Origin: Gnetum montanum
Taxonomy: Eukaryota; Plantae; Gnetophyta
Length of the DNA: 64,000 nucleotides
Direction of reading: 5' to 3'
Assembly: GCA_015680685.1 (NCBI GenBank)
Contig: MNCI01002765.1
Location: forward strand, 1-64,000
In this document: positions 50,466 to 64,000 of the stretch, in pieces
Layout: every line of letters starts with the position of its first letter
Numbering within the stretch: position 1 is the stretch's first letter
Position numbers and translations under genes: made by a program
Notes under the pieces: generated by a model
Told to the model about the DNA's origin: nothing
The model's input: the letters and a program-made list of their open reading frames with translations, nothing else
The model's database searches: none

Positions 50466-51110
50466 TATAATGCTACATATAGTTTCATGCTTTTGTGTAA
50501 TTATTAAAATAGGGCCATTTAAATTCTTCAATAATTTATTGGTTAGTTGGTTATGTGCATATATGATGTTTCTAGGTTCAATTAAATTGGATATTTTTAT
50601 TTTATAAATATTTATTTTTATGTAATGGTTCCACCTTTTAATATATAGCATTTTAAATTAATTATTGGAATTTAAAAATGGTAACCCATGAAAGAAGCCC
50701 AAATAAAGGTCAAAAGAGCATAGTAAAATGTCTTCATTTATAGATGTGGCAACAATAGAGTAGCCTTATGGTAGGGCACTCTTGTTTAATGGGAGTAAGT
50801 TAGGGTTATGTTATTAGCTGCAATGTCCATTTACTAAAAAAATCTTTCAAAATAAATCATGATTATAATAATGTCTTGTAATATAATCATATGCTAGACT
50901 AATATGATTGCCTGGAGGTATAGGATCATTATGTAGAACCTTAATTCCCATCTACCAAGATGAAGCTATGTAAAGTAGGAAATTCCATGGAGTTGTAATA
51001 TCATTGTGCAGAGCCTCAATGCTCATTAGCTAAGGGAAGGCATGTAAATTGCTAAATTCCATCCAGTAATAACATATTGTATAGAACTTTAAAATTCTAA
51101 ACAACACAAT

Positions 51111-51985
51111 TAATGAACAGTGAATACCCCTATGCTCAACTATAAGAATCACTAAGCATTCACATGTGATTTGGTTGAATTATATGGACCTTTTGTATTC
51201 TGATACACCAGCCTCTAGGAAGTGAACGTGCCCTAATAGTCATTTGTTGTCTTCCCAATTACACTTGTGATATGCAAAGGTATGGTTAAGTGTAATCAAG
51301 GCATATGATTTTATTATTTTAATGTTTTATGTTTTGAGTGATTAAAATAAAGGATGAAAGGAATGAAGTAATTTAATTGCTAATTTAATCTAATTAACTA
51401 ACCAATGTCTAACTAATCCTAACATAAGCATTCAATCCCACTTTTCATACACATCTTGAACACGTATAATGCTATTGGGTTACCATATGTTAAGCATTAC
51501 TGGGATTACCAAGTGTCATGCAAATGCTCAAAGTAGTCATACTTATGTACTTAACTAATTACTATTTGATCTAGCTTAATTTAGCTCGATTACTTAAAAG
51601 CATTAAATAACATTGCATGAAACATTAAATGCATGAAGAAAATATTTAATCTAGCCAAAGTGCTACAAGGTTTATCAGAAAGCTCATTTTTATTATCACA
51701 CATACTACTGTGCTTAGGTACAATAGTTCTTGAATAAATATCCATACACTCAATGACTCTTGTTATGGGCACTTGGAAAAATTATTCTAGCTCTAGGGAA
51801 GAAAAAATGCAAGAGCTTTTCTACACTATGACAAAAGATTACTCTAAACTATACGTCCAAGAACTATATTTATAGGCTAGCACACATCCCATGATATTAG
51901 ATATTTGACATTGCTTCGTAATTCCCAATATTAGGTATTCGATATCAAGCTTCGATATCAGAGCCAAACAAAATAAACTTCATCA
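51111..51985 (-). mobile_element. 3' LTR of a minus-strand Athila-like element
   Basis: Minus strand: PPT TCAGTCATGGGGGTA (51986-52000), start TGATGAAG, end ..GTTCATTA; homologous to 52062-52918. Confidence 0.85.
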
Positions 51986-52061
51986 TACCCCCATGACTGA
52001 ATGAAAACTCATCCTTGAGTGAAAAAATGGAGGAACAAGTCCCTTACAAAATATTGGGAAG

Positions 52062-55000
52062 TGATGAATCATGTTTTGATCGATATCGGAGCCCCAACAT
52101 CGAATACCTAATGTCGGAGCCTAGGATGCGATGTCAAATATCTGATATCGCAGGGTATATGATGGTCTATAAATATAGCACTTGGGCTCACAGCTTTCAT
52201 AAGTTTTTAGTTGAGTTTTTTATAGTTTTGCATAGAGTAGCAAAGCTCTTGTAGTTTGTTTTCTTCAAAGTTAGAATATTTTTGAGTGCCCACAGCAAGA
52301 GTTTGAGTGTGTACAGATCTTTGTTCGAGCACTAATGTACCTGAGCATAACAGTGTGATGGGAATAAAAACGAATCCTTTTGCTAATCCTTGTAGCACTA
52401 AGAATAGATTAATGTTTCTTTAATGCACTTTATTTTCATGCACTTTACTTTAATGCATTTAAATTAAGTAATTAATTTCTAGTTGTTAATGAACACAAGC
52501 ACAACTACTTCAAGCATACATATAGTGCTTAGTAACCCAGAAATGCTTAATGTTTGGTAACCCAGAGGGACTATATGTGTTTAGGATGTGTCTAAGAAAG
52601 TGGGATGGGTACTTGTGTTAGGATAGGTAAGTAGTAAATGAATTAGGTTTTAAATTACTCTACCTTTCATTCTTGTTGTAGGTGATTAAATTTATAAAAC
52701 ATAAAATGATAAAAATCATGTACCTCAATCACACTTAAACCATATCCTTGAGCTTCACAAGTGTAGTTGGGAAGACAACGAACATTCTCAATGTCCATTT
52801 CACTTCCTAGAAGAACTAGTGCATTGGAAAACTATAAGTCCACAAAATTTGACTGGATCATGCATAAATTCCTTAGTGATTTGTATGGTTGGGCATAGGG
52901 ATACCTTGCCACTCATCATCGGCATTGTTGTCGAGGACTATCTAGTTGTTACATGCATTATCTAGGATTTAGTGATAATTATTCAAAATCATTGGACTAA
53001 ATCTTAGAATCATATCACACTTTACAATAACTACAATAATATTTAGAAGCACACTGTGTTTTTATTTTCTAATATAAAATGTCTTCTTCTCACAAGAGTG
53101 ATTATCCACCCAAGTTTGATAGAGTACATCAGCTGATGCCTCAACAATACTGAGTGGTATATGCTCATCCTGATGAATATGTATCTAGTTTCACTTTTAT
53201 CCTATACTAGGATGAATAGCTATGGTGGCATGACATGGAGGGCAACATCATGTTGCTACCTAATTGATCCATTCTTGCAATGCTCCAACAAATGCTTACA
53301 TAATGGGATCTCCAAGAACTTCATGCTGAGTATATTATGCAAGATACTGATGCTAGGGATTATCATCCCACTGAGGCACAACATCTATAGGATCGACAAC
53401 TAGAACAACATCATGAATCTGCAAAGGGAAAATAATTTAATGATTCCCCATTCCTACTGTACCAAAAAGATGATGGTGAACCCTTTTCTAAGGATTTTCC
53501 ATTCAATGAAGTTTCTATCTTTGACTTCGATGAAAGAGGTCAAAACCAAAACCTATAGTCCACAATTCACAATCTTGGCTCTAGCAAGAGTGGATCTAAT
53601 GACCAAGAAGGATCCAAAGAGGCAAGTTAAGATAGGGATGTAGGTAAGAAACAAGATTGTGATCATGGCCATAATCATCGAAGAGGTAGCAAGCACTGTG
53701 GCGATGCTAGTCCTTCTTCATCTTCACCTATGTCATCATCTTCTTCTTTTGGCTTTGACTGCAACCACAAGGGGTGAGACTATGCTGGAGGTGATTGAAA
53801 TGATTGATGAGATTGAAATGATCGAAGAGATTGTTAGGCAAGACAAGACTAAGGGCGTGGACATTCAAGAGAGGTGCATTTCCATGAATGAAGGGGTAGT
53901 AGAGGGCATTGTAGGCACTATAACCATGGCCTTGTGCTTACTACCTAAAGTATGCTCAATATTGCAAAGGCAGTGCAAATTCCAATGAGGCATGTAAAGG
54001 ATAGTTGGATCAAAAGTCTAGACATGAATAATATCCCTCGATTCAAAGGGGGATATAACTTGGATCTGCAGAACCATTTCCAAGCTTTCCAAGATGCATG
54101 TGCCTTGCAAAATATAGAGAATGAGTGGAAAAAGCTTAAGTTGTTTCCAAGGGCACTCATTAAAGAAGTAGAGAATTGGTACTGGTCCTTAGAACCTAAA
54201 TCTATCAGATGATGGAGTACAACGCTTGAATTGTTTAATGATAAATATCAAACGTACTTTAGAGTGTCCAACTTGAGAAGGAAGATCCAAGGATGGAAAC
54301 AAGGAACACACAAACTCTTGGATGCCACCATCGATTGATACTATTCCTTAATGCATAGATGTCTTTGCTATGGTTATTCTTAACTGGACTAACTTCACCA
54401 CATTGTAGATGGGCTTTGATCTAAAATGAGGAGAACCCTTGATGTTTATGCCCAAGGATGGCTAGCAGAATTAAGCACCTATCAAATCCAAATATTGATT
54501 GAGTAGATAGCTAAGGAAGAATGTGAATTAAGAAAAAGAGAAAGTGCAGAAGAGTATAATCATGATCCTTCCATTCGTAAGAGGAAGGTTCGATTTTGTG
54601 AGAGTGAGGAAGACTCATCCCTTAATGAGGTAGTGAATAGAAAAACCTTGCCATTTCAAAAATCTCAATCTAAAATCATAGCCAAGGTTGATTAGTTATG
54701 GGACTCCATGTATAGTAGATTTCAGGCTATCCTAAAAATTGCTGAAGAGTCCTAAGAACAAGGTAGTGATCATGAAGGTGTAAGGAAGCTAAACATATCT
54801 ATTAAAGAGATAAGGGCAATATTATTACAATAGAAGAAGTTGCAAGAACCAAATCAAATGATGATGGTGGATGTGACATATGCCAATATGAATATCCTAA
54901 GAGATGTTGCCCCATCGTGTCACACTTACAGGAATCTGAGGTGTACACTTTATATCCACAACTTGCACAAAGGCAAACACCTAGAATATTACCTTATCCT

Positions 55001-58000
55001 CAAGGCAATTCTATACAGTTCTACTAGCAACAACAATATTATCCAAGTGGAACTTCATCACAACCATATGAGAAATATTAACAATGGCAACAACCACAAT
55101 CATGGGCATTGGCACCACCAAGGTAGCAATAGCCTTACAAAAAACCTAATCCATATGGGTACTACATTTAGCAACCCTTATCTCTATGTGACTCTTCTAG
55201 TCATGTTTCTACTTTCCAGTCTTACTATCACCCTTCTGATTATTATCGAATCCATTCTCCACATGTAAGGAGGAATACTACCTCTTACCCTTATCCTTCT
55301 CCTATTCCTGCAGATCTTCCTCCTCCCTCCACATAACTACCACCTACTGCACCTATGCAGGGTGAACTACTAGCTCAACTACAACAATGCAACACTACTA
55401 GGGCTATTAATCTATAATTGGTTCATCAACTAAGTGGGTTAGAGATTCAATCAAAGAAAAGATCTTTCTTTTGACTTTGAAATCTACCTAAGCCTTCAAA
55501 TACACCTATGGTTGACAATCTTGTTCCTCTATCTTCCTCTGTATCAACTTCCTTTGAGTCCCCTATATTGTGATGGTTACTCATGTCGTATTTGATTGGA
55601 TTCATGCTGGAAACCTTCCTAGGAAATTAGCAAATCCTAGAAGTCCTCTTATTTACTTGCAGATTGTTGGGAATGAACCATGCAAAGCTCTTCTTGACTT
55701 AGGTTCTATTTTTAATCTAATTTTTGATGAGATGTACACTGCATGGAACCTACCTCCTCTAAAGAAGAGATAAATTAGATTAGAATTAGTAGGCTAGTCC
55801 ATCACTATTTCATTTGGACTAGTAGAAGACATTACAATCACTATCTATGGGTTACCTTATCTTGCTGATTTCTTTGTGATGAAGGTGGAGAAATGAAAAG
55901 GAGACTTCCCAATCATTATGGGAAGGACATGGCTAAGCATTGTTGATGAAAAAATGGGCATCAAGATCTTTCCCTGGAAATATCTAAAGAAAATGCATTC
56001 AGGAAGAAGGAGAAGAAGTAAGTTCTATGCATTGTGTATAATGATATGGGGTGCAATTATGTGCAGAAATGTTGGGTAGTGAAACAAGCATCCATTTCTA
56101 CATGCAAGCAGTGTGCACCAGAAGTAGAAATTCAAAGGTTTTTGTACATAGCAACCACAAAACAAGAGGGCACCTAATGGTTGACTACTGATTCTTAGAG
56201 TAGCATACCTTGCATGGAATTGACTAAGAGCTTGACATGCACATATGTTGTAGGCATGAATGAACTAGAGAAAGTTCATCACCAACTCTTTAATGATGAA
56301 AATGATGATACCTATTGGGAAGAGTTGGAAATTCCTAAAAATTTCAAGTAAGAGCCCCTTAAATTAAAAATTCTATAAGCCAAAATGGAATATGTGTTCT
56401 TAAAAAATGAGAACTTGGTCATAATTAATGCTATTGAATGTAGTTGAAAAATGGTCAGTAGCTTTTGCTTAGTCATATCTTGAACTCACAGGGATTGATC
56501 CTAGGATGTGCTAGCATCGTGTCTACACTGATCCGACAATGAAGCTAAAGAGGTAATCACAGAGGCAAATAAACCCCAAACTAAAGTAGATCATTAAGGA
56601 GGAAATTAAACAAATCCTCAAGGCAGGGTTTATCTATCCCATTATAGATAGCGAGTGGATTAGTCCACTCAGTATTATGCCCAAGAAAGGTGGCAAGTGG
56701 TGGGTCTACATCAATTTTTGGCTGCTGAATATGGCAACATTCAAGGACCATTTTCCATTACCATTTGTTGATTAGGTGTTAGACACAATATTTGGGCATT
56801 ATTATTATAGTTTTTTGGATGGTTATAGTGGCTATAACTAGATCTAGATTGCACTAGAGGACCAAGCCAAAACAACATTCACAAGTCCCTGGGAGACTTT
56901 TACATATTGCAAGATGTTGTTTGGTCTATGTGATGCCCCTACTACATTCAAATGCCTAGTTCTAAGCATTTTTCAATAGAAAATCAAGAGTGGTGTGGAA
57001 GTCTTCATGGATGACTTCTCCACCTATGGAGCTACATTTAAGCAAGCCCTGGACCACCTTGAGCAAGTACTGAAATGATGTGTTGAAACGAACTTGTGGC
57101 TCAATTGGCAAAAGATTCATCTAATGATCTAGGAAGGAATTGTGTTGGGGCACAAAATATCACAAGCAAGAATTGAGGTCAATCTCAAACAAATTAGGGT
57201 CATCCAAGGAATTACTCGCTAGCCAGAAACTATCAAAGATGTTTAGTCATTCCTTGGACATACTAGCTACTATCGAAAATTCATACAAAATTTCTCTAAG
57301 ATCACAAAACCATTGGTTGAGTTGAGAAAGAATAATTCTCCATTTATCTAGACCATGAAATGTGAAAAAGCATTCCAGCAACTAAAGGAGAAACTTGTAG
57401 AAACTCTAATTCTACAAGCACCCGATTGGTCTAGACCATTTTATGTCATGAGAGATGCATCAAATTATGCCTTGAGAGTCATGATTATGTAGACGAATGA
57501 CAAGAAATGTCCATACTACATCCACTGTGCTAGTTGAAGCATTGTGGGTGCACAACTAAACTACGCGACTGCAAGAAAAGAATTGATGGCAATGATGTTT
57601 GCTTTAGAGAAGTTCAGGCACTATGTGCATGGATACAAAGTGTTTGTGCACATCGACTACAATGCCATATGCTTCCTATTGAACAAGCCAATGGTGAGCC
57701 CCCACATCATACGGTGGCTGATGATCTTACAGGAATTCAGTCTTATGATGGTAGATCAAAAGGGCACTAAGAATGTGGTTTCCAATCACTTGTCTCGATT
57801 ATGATAGGACAACAAAGAGGAGGAGAACCCACTATCTGATATGTTTCCTAATGAACTCCTCTTTGCTAGAGCTATAATTAAATAATTTCCCAATGAGCCT
57901 AAATGGTATGATGGCATTCTCACCTATATTCTCACCCAAGGGATGCCAAAAAGGTTGGACCATTGGAAGAAACAATAGTTTCTTCACCAAGTAAAATGCT

Positions 58001-61000
58001 TCATGGAGATCAATAGACACCTCTACAAGGTGTGTGCCGATGACCTAGTTTGATGGTATGTCCTTGATGTTGATCAACTACATGTTCTCCAAGATGCTCA
58101 TGAAGGTCCTTGTAGGTACCATTATGCTAGGAGATGCACAATCATTAAAATCCTAATGGTAGGGTACTACTGGCCAACAATCTACAGGGATGCTCACTAA
58201 TATGTCCACTCTTGTGAATGTTGCCAATAAGATGGTGGAATCACTGCTTGAATAGAGGGACCTTAGCAATGGATCCAACTGTTGGAATCCTTTGACATTT
58301 GGGGCATTCATTTGATGGGTCCCATCACGCCCATGTCAAATGGAAAGGTGTACATCATAGTTGTTATTGACTATTGTACAAAATGAGCAGAAGCAGTAGC
58401 CATCACCAACTGTACACCTTCTACTACTACTCAATTTGTACAACAAAATTTTGTAAATATGTTTGTTGTGCCATGTGCATTAATTTCTAATAACGAAACT
58501 CACTTTATAGGCACTACATTTTAGAAGCTCATGCAATGCTGGGGGGTTGAACATAAACTCACAACACCCTACTATCCCTAAGCCACTGGTCAAGCTGAGG
58601 TTACCAATAGGGAAACCACAAGGATTTTAACAAGAACTATTAGCAAATATAGAAAAGACTAGAGCACAAAACTAAATGATGCCCTTTGGGCCTACCGCTC
58701 AACATGGAAACTTCCTATAGGCTACTCTCCCTATGAGCTTGTGTATGGAAAATTACAAATACTTTCTATTCAATTCAAACTTTGTACATTTTCAGTAGCC
58801 TATGACCTTGACCTTGACTTGAGTCTAGCACAAAAAGAACAATTAATGAATCTCAACTTGCTAGACAAAAATCAATTAGTGGCCCTATCATCTAACGAGT
58901 TGCACAAGGCATTCAACAAAAGGTGCCATGACCTTAAAATCAGGAAAGTCAAATTTCAACTAGGAGATAAGGTTCTCTACTAGAATCCCACACATATATC
59001 TCAATGAACTAAGTTCCAAACATTGTGGTAAGGACCTTACATCATTTATGAAACTTTTTCTTCTCGGTCAATGATGATCTACAAACTTGAGAACCCAGAC
59101 AAGAAACAACTAGTCAACATACAACAAGTCAAACCTTTCCATGAGCATAAGCTAGCTAATACAACAAACACCTCATTGAATGGACAACCATGCTCAATAT
59201 TTTGGATCTCCACCTTTCAACTTAGTCATGGGGGAGATGGCTATCTATGCTAATCATATAAGTGGCTCCTCAGTTTTTCATATTTCTCTTTTACAACTTT
59301 TTGTTTTACACATTCTTTATTTTACACTCTTTGTTTTCTACAGTATTAAATTTTCAAAATTTTTGTTTTACAACATCATTAGTATGTTTTCTTCTACTTT
59401 AATATTTTACAATTTCTTATATATTTTTCTTTATTAGGATGTGATTTTCTTATCTTATTTTAATAATAAGCATCTTATTGCCAACTGGGTACAATGTGAT
59501 TTAATTGATGTGGGTACATACTATTTAGTTACTTGATTGTTGGTGTCTGTATTCTAGATTTGAATTTTGTTACTGATAACTAGGACATGGTTTCTTTTCA
59601 TGCAATAGGAAGTAAGTCCACAACATCCACCCATCCATAAAATCTATGGTTTTCGTTGTTCTAGAAATGTGTAGTCCCTTTTTCATTAATAAAAATTTAA
59701 CAAATTTGTGACTTTATTAGTTTCCAGATTTGGAAAGGATTCAAAGGTTTGAACAAGGTGTGACTTTAAGGGGATTCAGTATTCTTTGTGCTTTTATACT
59801 TACTTAGGTGCATGTGTGTTTTCATGTATTTCTTACCATCCTATGTTGACTAACAAAGAAAGTTGAATAAGTCTTTGCATGGTATGGTTCCCATTTCAAA
59901 AAAAAAAAAAAATCATGAGAATTTAAAGCACACCCCTTAGACAAAATAAATGGGCTACAAGCACTAGTTATGGGACTAGAAAGACATGTTACCCATGCCT
60001 GAAGGTCCCTTCTAACTAAGGCCCTTCCTCACCTTCTACTTCTCTTTTCTTTTCTAATTAGAAATAGTGATTGTTCTGTGGATGCACTCTTGTGTCTCAG
60101 GGGGGTAAACTGGTCTTAGAATGATGATGCAAAGTCATCAAATGTGGTTGGTTTTGGTCTAGACTAAGGATGGATTTTATCAAGTCATTTAACCATAAAA
60201 TTCACAAGGGACTTCATGTGACCTTAATTAGGAACTCCATTCCACTTTCTCTCTCTCTCTTCCACCTATTCTTTCCATGTCTCACCTCACTATTGGTTTC
60301 ATGTTCTTGTTCGATGTCCTGATTTGAAGTGTCGAAATTCTTAGGTAGTTTCTTCCAAGTTTTTGTACTTAATCTTCCATAACCATTAATCATCCATGGA
60401 TCCCATGGACTTCTTAGTTTGAAGTTATGCAAGGGTAATAAAAGGTCTGTGCCTGCTTTGGGGAGGATCCATTTACATATCTTTTGGTTGGATTAATTAA
60501 GTTCTTTATCCTTAGACATCCTTATAATTAAATTTTTTTGTTTATCTCATTAGTGACATCCAATTGTGTGCATCTTCACAACATTTTTCAGTGAAACCTC
60601 TTATTGTTACTATTGTGAATTCTTAAACCTTATTCAAGCATTTCATCTTGCTTGAACTTTTTCAAATTTAATGGACTGTCTATCTATTTTACCCTATTTT
60701 TAGTCTTCCTACTAACACTACTAAAAGAATCAATTTATCAAAATCACCACCTAGTTGAGTATAACTACTAACAAGACAAGGTACTTAACAACTATGTGTT
60801 ATGCATTGCATACTAATTTGATTCTATTGTGATTGTAGTGGGAAGCATGGACTAGAAGCAGGACTATCTTCATCAAGGATGATGCAGCATTCATGATTGT
60901 TGAATCTTCTCCCTCACTCTTCAACTGCTAGAGGAGTTAGATGTCAGTTTTGATTAGGTTGTTCTCTTCTCTTATCATGAACATCCAATTTTGTAAAATA

Positions 61001-62033
61001 TTGTAAATCCATACACTTGGGCACTTAGAGTCTATTTGTTCCATCTGAGTCAATTTGTATGTTAGTCAATAATCTCATACCTTCCCAATATCCTATAAGG
61101 AACTTGTTCCTCCTCTTCTTCACTCAAGGATGAGTTTTCATTTAGTCATGAGGGTATGATGAATCATGTTTTGACTAGCTTTGATATCAGGTATATGATA
61201 TCAGAGCCTCGACATTAGATACCTGATGTCGAAGCCCAAGATGTGATGTCGAATATCCAATATCATGGGGTATATGGCGGCCTATAAATATAGCACTTGG
61301 GCTCATGGTTTTCATAAGTTTTTAGTTGAGTTTTTCATAGTTTTTGCAGAGTAGTGAAGCTCTTGTAGTTTTTTTTCTTCAAAATTATAATATTTTTGAG
61401 TGCTCACAGTAGGAGTCTGAGTGTGTACAGATCTTTATTCAAGTACTAATGTACTTGAGCATAACAATGTGATGGAAATAAAAACAAATCCTTTTGATAA
61501 TCCTTGTAGCATTGAGAATAGATTAATGTTTTCTTTAATGCACTTTATTTTCATACACTTTACTTTAATGCATTTAAGTTAAGCAATTAATTTCTAGTTG
61601 TTAATGAACACAAGCATGACTACTTTAAGCATACATATAGTGCTTGGTAACCTAGAAACATGTAACATTTGATAACCTAGCAGGACTATATGTGTTTAGA
61701 ATGTGTTCAGGAAAGTGGGACAGGTACTTGTGTTAGGCTAGCTAGGTGGTAAATGAATTAGATTTTAAATTAATCTACCTTTCATTCTTGTTGTAGGTGA
61801 TTAAATTTATAAAAAATAAAATGATAAAAATCATGTACCTCAATTACACTTAAACCATATCCTTGAGCTTCACAAGTGTAGTTGGGAAGACAAAAAATGT
61901 TCTCAATACCCATTTCACTTCCTAGAAGAACTAGTGCATTGGAAAACTATAGGTCTATGGAATTCAACCAGATTGCATGTAAACATCTTAATGATTTGTA
62001 TGGTTGGATGTAGGGTTACCTCACCACTCATCA
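52062..62033 (+). mobile_element. Complete but degenerate Athila-like Ty3/gypsy element
   Basis: LTRs 52062-52918 and 61157-62033 (TGATGA..CTCATCA). Perfect TSD GGAAG. PBS TCGGCATTGTTGTCGAGGA is a decayed Athila TGGCGCCGTTGCCGGGGA. PPT TTAGTCATGAGGGTA. Confidence 0.95.
53080..59180 (+). pseudogene. Athila-like gag-pol pseudogene
   Basis: KLKLFPRAL..WY (gag), KALLDLGS (protease), KDHFPLPF / FLDGYSGYN / VFMDDF (RT), NYATARKELMAMMFALEKFR (RNase H), FDIWGI / ALWAYRS (integrase), and a GPY motif. Confidence 0.9.
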
Positions 62034-62038
62034 GGAAG

Positions 62039-63430
62039 GTATGGGATTACTGACTAACATGCAAATTGACTCAGAAAAAATAAATAAATTCTAAGTGCCC
62101 AAGTGCATGGATTTACAATATTTTACAAAATTGGGTGTTCATGATAATAGAATTAAACACCCTAGCAAAAAATAACATCCAACTACTCTAGTAGTTGAAG
62201 AATGAGGGAGAAGATTCAATGATCATGAAGGGGCCTCATTGCATGGTGCTATTGCTGATTTCTTGGTGAAGACAGTCTCGCCTCCAATCCATACTTTCCA
62301 TTGCAATCACAACAAAACCACAGATTAGTATGCAATGTGTAACTTATAGCTTTTAGGTACCTTGTCTCATTGGCAATTACAGTTGGCTAGGTTGTGATTA
62401 TGGTGAATTGATTCTTTTAATAGCATTAGTGAGAAGACTAAAAAATAGGATGAAATGGATAAGTAGTTCATTATTAAATTCTGAAAAGCCCAATTATGAT
62501 GAAATTCTTGAAAAGGGTTAAAGAATTCATAACAACAAAAAAGAGGATTTCACTAAAAAACATTATGAAGATGCGCATAATTGGATGTCATTGATGGAAC
62601 ATACAAAAGGGTTTGGTTGTGAGAAGGCCTAACAATAAAGAACTTAACTAACCCAATCAAAAGGTATGCAAGTGGATCCTTCCCAAAGTAGGGACATGCC
62701 CTTTGTTGCCCTTGCATATCCTCAAACCAAGGAGTTCATGGGCCCCATGGGTGATTAATGGTTATGGAAAGTTAAGTGCAAAAACCTAGAAGAAACTACC
62801 TAAACATTTAACACATCAAACCAAGACATCAAACAAGGACATAAACACTAGCAGTGAGGTGAGTTATGCAAAGCATAGATGGATGAGAGAGAGAAAGTGG
62901 AATGGAGTTCTTGATTAAGGTCACATGAAGTCCCTTGTGAATTTTGTGATTAAATGACCTAATAAAATCCATCCTTAGTCTAGACCAAACCAACCACGTT
63001 TAGTGACTTTGCATCGCCACTCTAAAACCAATCCACCCCCTTGAGATACAAGAGTGCTCCCATAGAACAACCACTATTTCTTATTTAAGAAGAAAAGAGA
63101 AGCAGGAAGTGAGAAAGGACCTTAGTTAGAGGGGACCTTTAGGCATGGGTAACATGTCTTTTTAGTTCCATAACTAGTGCTTATAGCCTATTTTTTTTGG
63201 TCTAAGGAGTGTGCTTTGAATTTCCATTGTTTTTTTTTTTACTTTTGAATTTTTGGATGAGGACTACAACATGCAAAGAATTATTCAACTTTCTATTATT
63301 GGTCAATGTGGAATGGTAAGAAATCCATGAAAACACCCATGCATCTAAGAAGAAGAGTACAAAGAGTACTGAGTCCCCTTGATGTCACACCTTGTTCAAA
63401 CCTTTGAATCCTTTCCAAGTCTGGAAACTA
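62039..63430 (-). mobile_element. 3' internal non-coding region of the minus-strand Athila-like host element (continues 51986-52061)
   Basis: Reverse complement aligns with about 59715-61085 throughout. Confidence 0.85.
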
Positions 63431-63436
63431 CCAAGG

Positions 63437-64000
63437 TGATGAGTCATGAATTGTTGGCTGTGATATCGCACCCACAATATTGAGTAGATGATATTGTAGC
63501 CTAGACGTGATATCACGTATGCGATATTGCAGCCTATCTCCTCATCTATAAATAAGAGGCAGGAAGATTTGGAAATTAGTCTTTTTGAGTTTTAAGTTTT
63601 GTAANGATTTTTTATCAGTTTTTTCCTTTCAACCCTTTCTCCCAGGGCATGCCCGTAGTGTGATGCTTGTATTTGTACGGAATCCTTATTTGAGTGTGAT
63701 GTACTTGGACATGCACATGACCAACAATAAAGATTGAGATTACTTCATCATTGCAACATCCACTTAGCTTAATTATTTAATTGTTATTATTATTTATTGC
63801 TTTCTTAGTTAATATCTTTCTACCCTTATCTCCTAGTAATGCGAAATGAGTATGACTTAATCACGAGCATTTAAGTGTGACTACTTGGTAACCCAGTAGC
63901 GTACCTAGGCCATGCGCTTGGTAATCCCAGTGGTAGTCATGCATGAGGTCCAAGATATGTATGGATGATCAAGGAAGGGATGCTCATCGTACTTAGGCTA
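63437..64000 (+). mobile_element. 5' part of another LTR related to the 26482 family; cut by the window edge
   Basis: Starts TGATGAG; (G/C)GATATCGC palindromes; CTATAAATAAGAGGC; AATAAA at about 63726; structured motif at 63841-63990. Confidence 0.85.

Overview
Plant nuclear DNA, about 85% nested transposable elements, with strong CpG/CHG decay in the old elements. The lineage cannot be fixed from sequence; a large-genome land plant is likely. The only clear host gene is an intronless, GC-rich 3-ketoacyl-CoA synthase (KCS, 40435-41958, minus strand). A nearly intact L1-type LINE sits about 300 bp upstream of it; the LINE has ORF1 and ORF2 but carries a FADD->FAND change and a late premature stop. 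Other elements: a pol-less Tat/Ogre-like element (1812-11298); a pol-less Athila-like element with an extra coiled-coil ORF (11309-19620); a MULE transposase pseudogene; a ~130-bp satellite split by a Tekay-like chromovirus (25482-34860) that itself carries a young solo LTR (26482-27535); and a complete Athila-like element (52062-62033, TSD GGAAG) inserted antisense into a relative. The most striking signal lies in the LTRs of several diverged Athila-like families, which share a modular set of RNA structures with compensatory base changes. These are a double-internal-loop hairpin (9 copies, 4 of them tandem in the young solo LTR), a two-fold symmetric UGGUAA(U)CCCAG apical domain, a pseudoknot-like element just before AAUAAA, and a terminal stem-loop with a long-range pairing. 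Together they are a candidate undescribed structured-RNA leader system (packaging, dimerisation, export, IRES or ribozyme). All alignments and folds were done by eye.
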